Virus record (IMG/VR): IMGVR_UViG_3300010043_000003
Coordinates: 1-51,612 of that record
Length of the DNA stretch: 51,612 nt
Origin: a virus
Taxonomy: Duplodnaviria > Caudoviricetes
Reading direction: 5' to 3' (one strand)
A program made the translations under genes and the position numbers. Every line of letters begins with the position of its first letter. Within the stretch, counting starts at the first letter, position 1. Of the stretch, positions 14,417 through 22,771 are shown piece after piece. A model generated the notes under the pieces. The model was not told where the DNA came from. It did no database searches and saw nothing but the letters and a program-made list of their open reading frames with translations.

Positions 14417-17400
14417 TTATCTGATCGGCGCGGGCTCGCCGGTGATCTTCTCCCGGCGGGCCAGCGCCGCGTCGCGCGCGATCTGCGGATGGCGGGCAAA
14501 CATCGCCCCGATCGCCACCTCGCGCGACTGCCGCAAGGTCTCCTCCATCACATAGTGCTTCTGCCATGCCGGCCAGGTCCGCCAGTCCGGCGAGCGCACG
14601 AACATGTCGAGGCGCTGGTGCAGCAGGCGGCCGGCGAGCGTCGCGAACTCGGTGTACTGCTCGTCGGTGAGCTCGACGTTGCGGATCTTGCGCTCGGGCA
14701 TCGCCGGCTTGAAATTGTAGTCGAGCGCCGCCTGCCGCACCGGATCGCGGTTGACCTGCTGCTCGTAGATCGAGGTGCCCGGGACCGCGGTCGGCCCCGG
14801 CATCGGCTCGCCGTAGATATTGATGCGCGGCTGCAGGTACTGCGACTGGCCGGGTATGCGCTGCAGGATGGCGTCCATCACGGTGCGGGCCTGCCGCGTG
14901 TAGGGATCGGCGGCGCGGTTCATCTGGTACATGCCGACGGAAAACGGCATGAAGGCGCCGACCATGTTCTTTAAGTAGTTCTCGCCATAGCGGCCGGGGT
15001 CCTCGACGGCCTTGATGAGGTCGCTTGGCCCCTTCATGAAAGACTCGTCGAGGATGTTCTGAGTAATCGCGTGCTGCAGATGCGCGGCCGCGCTCAGGGC
15101 GTCGCCCTCGGAAATATCGCGCGCCACCTCGTAGAGGTCGGCGGCGATACCGAGGTGCATGCCGAGCGAGCCCAGCCGGTTCATCTGGTACCACATGTTG
15201 CCGATCTTGACGCTGTGCGGCTGGTAGACCTCGCGCCAGGCGCGGGCCTGGTTGGGGTCGCTCGGCCCCGAACCGGTGATGTAGCCCTCCATCGCCAGCG
15301 AGCCGAACGTGATCGCCAGCGCGGTGCCGGCCAGCATGCGCGCCGTCGTGGTGTCCTGGGCGATGTTGCCGTTGCGGCCCATCAGATCGTCGCGGATGGC
15401 CTGCGACAGGATGCCAACGGGCGTGCGCTGGATAACGGTTTTTGAAATGACATTGGCGCCAATATGCACAAATGGGTCGATGAACTTCATCGGCTTGGTG
15501 AGACCGAGCAACGGCAGGTTGAACTCGGCATTGAGGAGCGCGGACAGCCGTCTGACGAACTCGCCACCCGGCGCCATCAGCGAGGCAGCATAGGCCCTCT
15601 CGTGAACCGCCTTCATCCATTCCACCGGCGGATCATTGAGCCGGCGGGCGATATGCTCGGCGCGCTCGCTGCCCTCGAGGCCTCTGCCTTTCTGCGCGGG
15701 ATCGAACCGAAACCCATTCGGATCAGTCGCCTCCCGATAGGCGAGCGCCGCGGTCTCGGCCCGCTCGTTGGTCACCACGTCCATCGAATGGATTGCCGAG
15801 ACGACCCGGCCCGGAGCTCGCACCAGGCTGCCGACCGGCAGCACCGGCACGCCGCGCAGCGTGATGTCGGGGATCTGGCCGCCCGGCGTAAAGTGCGCGC
15901 CGACGAGCGGCGTGCCGGCACGGCCGCCCGCAGCAATCAGCGCGGCACCGCCGAGGATGCCGTCCTGCAGACCCTTCATCGCCCCGAACAGATCGCCGAA
16001 AAATTCCCCGTAGGTGACCGGGGCGGGCTGCATGGTGCGTCCGATATAGAGCTGGGTATCGCCGAGGAACGGCGTCGCCGGCACCGCCTCCTGGCCGGGC
16101 AATAGCACCGGCCGGCCGGTACGCAGACCCTCGAGGCCGGCCTGCCAGCGCTTGGGAAGGTTCTGCAGGATGGCCTGCTCGCGCGCCCCCAGCTCGCCGA
16201 GGTAGACCCGCTCGCCCACACGACCGAGCGCCTGGCGGGTCAGACCGATGCCGGCGGCGACCGGCACCTCGATCAGCGTCTGGAACTGCCGCTCGATCTT
16301 ATTGCCGATGTAGTAGGTGCCGTGGGTCAACGGTCCCGAAATCAGGTTGTTGACGAAATACTCAAGCAGCATTCCGCCGAACGAACGCTTGCGGGCGTCG
16401 CGCAAGTATTTCGCCACCTGCGCCTGGGTCTTGAGCTGGGCGCCGAGCACCGCCTCCATCTTGAGCTGGAACAGGTCGGAACCGGTGCGGTTCCTGACTA
16501 CCTGGGTAAGCCCCAGCCGGCGCACCTCGTCCCAGCCGTCCATGTTGCCGAAGGCACGACCGGTGCGGCCCCACTCGGTGCTGACCGAGGAGAGCACCGA
16601 CATGAACATGTCGAAGCGGTCGCGCTCCTTGGCATATTCGGCGACCAGGTCGGCCATCGGCCCCTCGACGGCACCGAACCGAGCAGTAGCGCCCTGCCCG
16701 GCGTCCATGTCGCGGATGCGCCGCATCAAGTCACCGACGCGCTCGGCCTGCTCGCGCACCGCCATCCGGAAGGCGAGCACCTTCTTGCCGAGGTCCTTGA
16801 TGCCGCCGAAAGCGCGCTCGAGCATCGAGAGGGTCAGGGTATCGGGATCAAACCCCATGGCCTCGGCGGCGTCGCGCATCTGTCCGCGGGTCAGCGGCTC
16901 GTCGGTGCCGGGAATGCGATCCTTCGATTCCTCGATCGCTTCCATGAACTGCGGAACCGAGGTGATGTTCTCGGTGCGGACGTTGTTCTTCTTGCCTACG
17001 TTGAAGGTTTCTCGTCCCTCGAGGGTGTCGGCAGGTCCTGGGGCGAGGGGCTGGTCGTCGAGGTGGGCCCGGCTCTCCTCTGCTGCAGCAGGTGCTGCAG
17101 GGGCTGTCCCGCGTCCCGCCACGCCTTCGCCTTCTCGAGCAGGCGGAACGAGGCGTTCACGCTCGTCACCAGGTCCCGGTAATACGCCGCCTGCTCCGGG
17201 GTGAGCTTCCCGCTGCGGAGCGCCCGCTGGTATCGCTCCAGCTCCTCCCGGCACTCCGCCTCCTTCTCCTCCAGGCTGAGTTGCGACCTCGGTCTCGGCG
17301 TCTGGTCGGGCATTGGGATTTACTTCATGAGCAGTTCTGCGTTCGGCAGCTACCCGATCAGCGGCCGGTTCGGCATGCTGCGGTTCGATGAGGGCGGCAT

Positions 17401-20400
17401 CCTCCCGATGGGTGCCAGCCATCGAAGGCGCATGCTCGCGCTCCGGCGTAATGACGGTCCATCGCAGTTCCTCCGGCGTCTCGTAGAGATGACCGTACAC
17501 CTCGCGCATACGGTCGGTCAGCTCGATTCTTTCGGGCCCTCCCGTCTCCGCCGATTCACGCTCGAGCCCCTGCAGGCCATCGTAGAGGTCGCGCAGGTAG
17601 GTGTAAAACATCTTAAAGATGCGGGCCAGGGCGGCCGACGGCGCCCGGCCTTCCATCCGCCAGGCCTCAAAGCCGCGGGCGAATTTCTCGTGGAACCCGC
17701 GCGCCCTGTCGGTCCACGCCCCGCGCGCCGTCCGCTCGAACAGCTCGGATTGGTTCTTCGCCCCCAGCCATTCGAGGGCGGCAGCCCAGTCGTCCTTGAG
17801 CCACTGCGGGGCACGTTCGTGGACCGCATCGCGGGCGAGCTCGAACAGAAACTGGTGGGCCTTTTCGTGGCCGGGCGTCGAGACGTTCTGCTCCGGTGAC
17901 AGGCGCTCGACCGGACGCTGGCCGGCGGCGATCTCCTCGGGCGTGCGGGGAGAGAATCTGCCGCGGACGATCTGGCCGCCGCGCTGCTCTAAGCCTTCGC
18001 CCTCAGATGGGCGAAGGCCTTTCGCGCGTAGTCGCTCGCCTCTTTCGCGTCTTGCCTTAGCGACGCTATTTCGGAGGGCGTCAGCATCTCGGATACCGAG
18101 GAGGTACTCGGTTTCCGAGGCGGTGAGGGCGCCGGGTTCGATGCCGAGTTCTTGTCTGACTGATTCACCGAGATTCTTCTCCAGCGACCGGGTCCGCGCG
18201 GGCCTGGCAACTATATCCTCCGTCCTGCCGGCATTTGCAAGGGTGACGATGCCGGCAACTTCGCCGCCCCCCTCCTGAATGTGGTGCGCAAGCTCGGCGA
18301 GCGTATTGCCCATGGTGGTGACGTCGTCGACCAGGACGTAGCGGCGGCCCGGTTCCACCGGCCCGTCGAAACCCGGACGGGCAACCAGACGCTCCAGCGG
18401 ACGCATGCCGGTATGGTAGGCCCGCGATGCCTGGACGATATCTTCGGCAACCTCGCCGCCGGTCGCAGCCGCATAATAGTGCGCCAGCGTCATCGGGATT
18501 TTGTTGCGTCCCGCAGCCTCTTCCGCGTGGACCGGAACAAAGACGGCGTCGGAACCGAACCTCCGACGCGCCGCCTCGAGCGTCGCCGGCCTGACGGTCT
18601 GCACGACGAACTGGCGCGCCGCTTCCGAATCTCCGGCCTTGGCCGCCTCATAATGGGGATTGGACGTCATCTCGCTGACGTCGCGATAGGACGAAACGAC
18701 AGGCTCGGCGGATGCCGGAATGCCTCTTGTTCTGGGTCTTTGCGGCGCGGCAGCGCGCTGCTCAAGTTCTATTTCTTGGGAAGGCCTTGCTCCTTCTCCT
18801 TGCGCTCCTTCCACTCGCGGAAGTGCCGCTCCAGGGCCTCCTCGTTGAGCGGCTTCGGATTCGGCGGGTCCGGGTCCTCTGCCCACGGCGCGTATTGCTG
18901 CCTCAATTCGTTCATCCGAAATGCCTCGCTTGCGCGCCAGATCACCAAAAGCACCGGCATAATCGACGTTCAGGAAGCCGGTACCCTCACCCCCCATCTT
19001 GGCATATAATTCTTTCTCGGGATACCACCATATCGCCTGAAGGTCGGCATTAGTGACATGGATGCCTTCCCCGGCGAGAAGCTCGCGGGCACGGTTGACG
19101 CGCTCGCGAATCCATTGGCGTTCGGCGCCGCCCCTCGGCTGCTCCCTGATGCCGTACCGCCCGTGCAGATAGCTTTCGGCGGCAAGCGTGAGTTCCGATT
19201 TGACGCTCTCGCCGCTGTCGTAGAGCGCGCGATTTTCAGCAAAGTCCCGTTCGTGCGTCTTGACGATGTCCCCCGCCGCGCGGTCCAGACCATCGGCGCG
19301 GGCCGGCATCTTGCGCCCCTCTTCGCGCAACGCTGTCACAAGACGCTCGCGCTGCTCCGCCAGCCCCTCCTCGGAGGCCGTATCCATCAGCGTACCGGTG
19401 AGGCGACCCCACGCGCGCATGAACCACAGGTCCACGGTCACCGGATCGTAGTTGTTGTTTAAGTTCTGATAAAAGCCGCCGCCGATCTTGGGACCGAGAA
19501 TCGTCGAGCCGCGGACGTTGGCGCTCTTCAGTTCGCCGGTGATCTTCTGGCCAAAGACCTTCTCGAGATCGCGCACGGTGAATTCCTGTGCGAGGAACTC
19601 GCGCGCATAATCGGGACCGCCCTTGCGAAGCAGCTGGTTGAGTTTCGCAAAATTCTTGTTCATCGCCGGGCCATTCTTGGCGTTGACCGCGGTCGGAAAC
19701 TCACCGTAATTCGTCCCCTTCTGGGTATGGTTCTTGTAATAGTCGTAAGCCCACTCGGCGAGGCGGACATTGTTCGGCACCCGCTCGCCCTGGCTGGTGA
19801 TGGCGAGTGCCGCCGTGAATGCAAAGCGCGCGTTGGGCTCGGTCGCGATCTCGGGATGAATGAGCGAGGCAATGGCGATCGCCTGCTCGATCTTTTGCGT
19901 ATACCAGGTCGAAGCGCCGCCGCCGCGATCGATCTCGGTTTTGATCTCGCCGGCGATCGTGCGCGAGAGGATTTCGTCGGTGACCGGATCAGGACCGGTA
20001 ACCTTGCCGCCGCGCACCCCCATGGCACGAAGCGCTGCAAGACCGCGATCGCGCAATTCGCGGGCGATCACATCGACCGTGCGTGACCGTGGCGGATGCG
20101 CCGGTTCTGCTTCAAAGATCGGCGTCGCACTCAGCGCGCGCTCAAGCGGATGTGACCCCAACGGCTGGCCGCGAGCTTCAGCGAGATAACTGCCGGTCGG
20201 CGCACCGCGCTGGGTGAACTCGGCTTCCTCCTCCGCCGTCAGCCTGGTGGCCTGCCGTGCGGCGAGCTCCTCCGCGGTAAGTTGCCTCGTCTCCTCGCCT
20301 CCCCGCTCCGCCGCGGTCAGCTCGCCCGGCACCTCGCGGGCCGGCGCCCTGCCGGGAGGATAGACGCCCTCGGCCTCGAAATTCTTGTCCCGCGCCTGCG

Positions 20401-22771
20401 CGATCGCCTCCTCGACCTCGCGCATGGTCGGCTTGCGCCCGCCAAAAAACGCGTTGAGCTGACCGTCCTGGATAATGAGATCGAGCGGCTTGCCCTCGCC
20501 CTCCCTGGCGAACAGCCAGCCGACGCCGCCGACCAAATGATTCCTGTCCTCGAACATCGCCTTGAGGTCGGGCGTCGGCCGCACCTTGATGTCGGCGAGA
20601 AACTGCAGGATCGACGGATTGGCGATCGGCGCCCGCGGCGCCCGCGGCGCGACTTCGCCTGTCGGCGGCTGCCGCGAGCGCTGGCCGGCCCGCAGTATCT
20701 CCGCCGATTCGGCGCGGTAGAGGCGGTCCGGATTGCCGGGATCGAGGTAGGTGGAGCGCAGCCGGTAGCGCGCCGCCATATCGACGCCCTCGATGTCGGC
20801 GAGGGCCTTGGGCGTGCCGGTGCGCACCAGCTGATAGGAATAGTGGGCGGCGATGTCCTTAAGCTGCAGATCGAGCGGCTTGACGGCCGGCGCCGGCGCC
20901 TCCGGCTCCGGGGCCCGCGCTTCGGCGCGGGCCTGTGCCTCGCGACGAGCCGCGGCCATCTCCGCGTCGTACTCGGTTTCGATCTTTCTACGTTGCGCCT
21001 CCCGTTCGGCTCTCTTTTCCGCGATCTGCTCCTCGCTCAGGCCTTGCCGACGATAGGCAGCCTCGAGCTGAGCCTCGTTTACTTCCTGGAACCTGCGCAG
21101 TCCGGGCAGCATCTCCGGCTCCTCGGCCGGCCGCGCCTCTGTGACGGGTGCCTCTGTGACCGGTGCCGCGGCGGCAGGCCTGAATCCAGGCTCGACCGGC
21201 GGGTGTTCGACGACTTCGGCCCCGTGCCGCTCGGCCGCCTCCCGCAACGCCAGGTTAACCCTGGGGCTCAGCCTGCCGATGTCGTTGTCGATGCGGGCGA
21301 GCTCCTGACGGGCCGCGACCAGATCGGCGGTCTGCTCCGCCCGGCCCTCCGTAAACGCCTGCCGGCGCTCATTAAGCCGCTGCAGCTCGCCCTCGGCGAT
21401 GCGCAGGTCGGCCCGCAGCTGTCGCCCGCGAAGACCGGGATAGGTAGGATTGGCCGCGAGGTGGGCGTCGAGCTGGCGCTGGATGTCGTCGCGGACGCCG
21501 GTGGCGGTAGCGATCGCCTCGTCGGGCGGGTTGTTGATGTCGTTGATGGTTCTCTGCAGCTCGCGATAGCGCTGCCGCAGGCCATCGAACTCTTCGAACA
21601 GGTCGGGATGGGCCGCCCGCGCCGCCGCATCGACCCGCGCCGCCTCCTCGGGCCCGCGACCGAGGACAGAGATCTCCAGCTGGCGCTGCTCGGTCGCCGC
21701 CTGCTGCGATTCGGGGCTGCGCTGCTGCGAGCCCTGGTGGGTGGCCTCGGTATTGCCCGGCCCCATCACGCCAACGTCGTTGGCCTCCGCCACCGTCACC
21801 GGCAGATTCTTGCCGAGGCGCTGGTGCTCGAGGATCACCCGATCCCATTCCGCCCGGGTCACGCCCGTCGGCGGCGGCCCGGCCTTCTCCAGCGCCTCCG
21901 CCTCGGCCGCCGTCAGCTGCTGCATCCCCTCACGGAACTGCGCTGTGCGGGCGGCCTCGGCCTTCTGAGCGGCCTCGGCAGCGGCACGCTCCGCCTCGGC
22001 CCTCCGGGCGGCCTCGGCGGCAGCACGCACCGCTTCCGGCTCCGGCCGGCCGAGCAGCTGCCGCACCGGCATTCCGCCCATTTTCTCGAGCGTCTGGCCG
22101 ATCGGATTGGTGCGGTTGAATACGACGCCGAACCCGGTCGAGATGGCAATCTTTGCCCAATCGGGCTGCTCGCCGGCGAGCTTCTCCTGGCCCAGCTCGA
22201 GGCCGCCCATGACGGCGCCGGAGAACACCCGTGACGTCAGCGGATTGGCCAACACCCGCTGCAGACCGGTGAGATTCTTGATCCCCTCGTCGGCGCGGAA
22301 GCCGCCCGGCTTCATGGTCAGCGCGAACGGCGCCAGGCCACCGAGGAACGACGCCGTGCCGTGATACTGCTCGTCGAGCTTCTGCTGGCGATCGTCCATG
22401 CCGATCTTCTCGGTCCAGGACGCCGGCAGGTGCGACAGCGCGAAATCCTGCGCCTTGCCGCCGAGGTAGCCGCCACCGAGCCCGCCGATGATGCCGCCGG
22501 CCAGCATGCCCGGCACGCCGGCAAAGGAAAGCGCCTCGGCGCCGGCCGCGGCCGTCGGCAGCGAGAATATCGTCGGCACGAGGCTGCGCTCGGCGCCGCG
22601 CGCAAAGGCGCCAACGGCGGAGGTCTGAGCCTGCTCCCAGGTGCGATCGAACCCGATCGCCTTCTGGTCCGGGAACGGATCGAGGTCCGAAAACGGATCA
22701 TTACGGCGTTCGTGCGCCGGCCGCGCCGGAGCGCCGAGCTGCGGATCAATATCGTCGAAGGGGTCGGCCAT
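14417..22771 (-). CDS. large polyvalent internal virion (ejection) protein, 2784 aa
   Basis: Last internal-virion gene. Contains a glycosylase-like domain (ITSQG...GPKIGGGFYQNL...VTVDLWFMR), a PRTase domain (YVLVDDVTTMGNTL), an HExxH metallopeptidase (GHEKAH...HEKFARGFE) and an LPD38-like C-terminus. Confidence 0.85.
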   Translation of the reverse strand: MADPFDDIDPQLGAPARPAHERRNDPFSDLDPFPDQKAIGFDRTWEQAQTSAVGAFARGAERSLVPTIFSLPTAAAGAEALSFAGVPGMLAGGIIGGLGGGYLGGKAQDFALSHLPASWTEKIGMDDRQQKLDEQYHGTASFLGGLAPFALTMKPGGFRADEGIKNLTGLQRVLANPLTSRVFSGAVMGGLELGQEKLAGEQPDWAKIAISTGFGVVFNRTNPIGQTLEKMGGMPVRQLLGRPEPEAVRAAAEAARRAEAERAAAEAAQKAEAARTAQFREGMQQLTAAEAEALEKAGPPPTGVTRAEWDRVILEHQRLGKNLPVTVAEANDVGVMGPGNTEATHQGSQQRSPESQQAATEQRQLEISVLGRGPEEAARVDAAARAAHPDLFEEFDGLRQRYRELQRTINDINNPPDEAIATATGVRDDIQRQLDAHLAANPTYPGLRGRQLRADLRIAEGELQRLNERRQAFTEGRAEQTADLVAARQELARIDNDIGRLSPRVNLALREAAERHGAEVVEHPPVEPGFRPAAAAPVTEAPVTEARPAEEPEMLPGLRRFQEVNEAQLEAAYRRQGLSEEQIAEKRAEREAQRRKIETEYDAEMAAARREAQARAEARAPEPEAPAPAVKPLDLQLKDIAAHYSYQLVRTGTPKALADIEGVDMAARYRLRSTYLDPGNPDRLYRAESAEILRAGQRSRQPPTGEVAPRAPRAPIANPSILQFLADIKVRPTPDLKAMFEDRNHLVGGVGWLFAREGEGKPLDLIIQDGQLNAFFGGRKPTMREVEEAIAQARDKNFEAEGVYPPGRAPAREVPGELTAAERGGEETRQLTAEELAARQATRLTAEEEAEFTQRGAPTGSYLAEARGQPLGSHPLERALSATPIFEAEPAHPPRSRTVDVIARELRDRGLAALRAMGVRGGKVTGPDPVTDEILSRTIAGEIKTEIDRGGGASTWYTQKIEQAIAIASLIHPEIATEPNARFAFTAALAITSQGERVPNNVRLAEWAYDYYKNHTQKGTNYGEFPTAVNAKNGPAMNKNFAKLNQLLRKGGPDYAREFLAQEFTVRDLEKVFGQKITGELKSANVRGSTILGPKIGGGFYQNLNNNYDPVTVDLWFMRAWGRLTGTLMDTASEEGLAEQRERLVTALREEGRKMPARADGLDRAAGDIVKTHERDFAENRALYDSGESVKSELTLAAESYLHGRYGIREQPRGGAERQWIRERVNRARELLAGEGIHVTNADLQAIWWYPEKELYAKMGGEGTGFLNVDYAGAFGDLARKRGISDERIEAAIRAVGRGPGPAESEAAQRGGPGAALPRVEGAQGEGARPSQEIELEQRAAAPQRPRTRGIPASAEPVVSSYRDVSEMTSNPHYEAAKAGDSEAARQFVVQTVRPATLEAARRRFGSDAVFVPVHAEEAAGRNKIPMTLAHYYAAATGGEVAEDIVQASRAYHTGMRPLERLVARPGFDGPVEPGRRYVLVDDVTTMGNTLAELAHHIQEGGGEVAGIVTLANAGRTEDIVARPARTRSLEKNLGESVRQELGIEPGALTASETEYLLGIRDADALRNSVAKARRERGERLRAKGLRPSEGEGLEQRGGQIVRGRFSPRTPEEIAAGQRPVERLSPEQNVSTPGHEKAHQFLFELARDAVHERAPQWLKDDWAAALEWLGAKNQSELFERTARGAWTDRARGFHEKFARGFEAWRMEGRAPSAALARIFKMFYTYLRDLYDGLQGLERESAETGGPERIELTDRMREVYGHLYETPEELRWTVITPEREHAPSMAGTHREDAALIEPQHAEPAADRVAAERRTAHEVNPNARPDAETEVATQPGGEGGGVPGGAGAIPAGAPQREAHPGAGGVLPGPGDERERLVPPAREGEGVAGRGTAPAAPAAAEESRAHLDDQPLAPGPADTLEGRETFNVGKKNNVRTENITSVPQFMEAIEESKDRIPGTDEPLTRGQMRDAAEAMGFDPDTLTLSMLERAFGGIKDLGKKVLAFRMAVREQAERVGDLMRRIRDMDAGQGATARFGAVEGPMADLVAEYAKERDRFDMFMSVLSSVSTEWGRTGRAFGNMDGWDEVRRLGLTQVVRNRTGSDLFQLKMEAVLGAQLKTQAQVAKYLRDARKRSFGGMLLEYFVNNLISGPLTHGTYYIGNKIERQFQTLIEVPVAAGIGLTRQALGRVGERVYLGELGAREQAILQNLPKRWQAGLEGLRTGRPVLLPGQEAVPATPFLGDTQLYIGRTMQPAPVTYGEFFGDLFGAMKGLQDGILGGAALIAAGGRAGTPLVGAHFTPGGQIPDITLRGVPVLPVGSLVRAPGRVVSAIHSMDVVTNERAETAALAYREATDPNGFRFDPAQKGRGLEGSERAEHIARRLNDPPVEWMKAVHERAYAASLMAPGGEFVRRLSALLNAEFNLPLLGLTKPMKFIDPFVHIGANVISKTVIQRTPVGILSQAIRDDLMGRNGNIAQDTTTARMLAGTALAITFGSLAMEGYITGSGPSDPNQARAWREVYQPHSVKIGNMWYQMNRLGSLGMHLGIAADLYEVARDISEGDALSAAAHLQHAITQNILDESFMKGPSDLIKAVEDPGRYGENYLKNMVGAFMPFSVGMYQMNRAADPYTRQARTVMDAILQRIPGQSQYLQPRINIYGEPMPGPTAVPGTSIYEQQVNRDPVRQAALDYNFKPAMPERKIRNVELTDEQYTEFATLAGRLLHQRLDMFVRSPDWRTWPAWQKHYVMEETLRQSREVAIGAMFARHPQIARDAALARREKITGEPAPIR
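16996..17313 (-). CDS. nested out-of-frame ORF after the metallopeptidase domain
   Basis: Helical-looking LSLEEKEAECREELERYQRAL...; third codon positions almost all G/C in this frame, while the host frame uses GGA/ATA/GCT. Confidence 0.6.
   Translation of the reverse strand: MPDQTPRPRSQLSLEEKEAECREELERYQRALRSGKLTPEQAAYYRDLVTSVNASFRLLEKAKAWRDAGQPLQHLLQQRRAGPTSTTSPSPQDLPTPSRDEKPST
17989..18168 (-). CDS. nested out-of-frame ORF after the PRTase domain
   Basis: GGAG-N10-GTG start (alternative ATG 18087); MLTPSEIASLRQDAKEASDYARKAFAHLRAKA; the host frame here uses AGA/CGA/CTA/TTA. Confidence 0.5.
   Translation of the reverse strand: MNQSDKNSASNPAPSPPRKPSTSSVSEMLTPSEIASLRQDAKEASDYARKAFAHLRAKA
18769..18915 (-). 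CDS. nested out-of-frame ORF after the glycosylase-like domain
   Basis: GAGG-N8-ATG; MNELRQQYAPWAEDPDPPNPKPLNEEALERHFREWKERKEKEQGLPKK; high GC3 in this frame. Confidence 0.55.
   Translation of the reverse strand: MNELRQQYAPWAEDPDPPNPKPLNEEALERHFREWKERKEKEQGLPKK

Noticed and set aside
20935-21120. A fourth nested ORF in the polyvalent gene at the QEVN linker
   Set aside because: There is no start codon (ACG) and the codon bias stays in the host frame.
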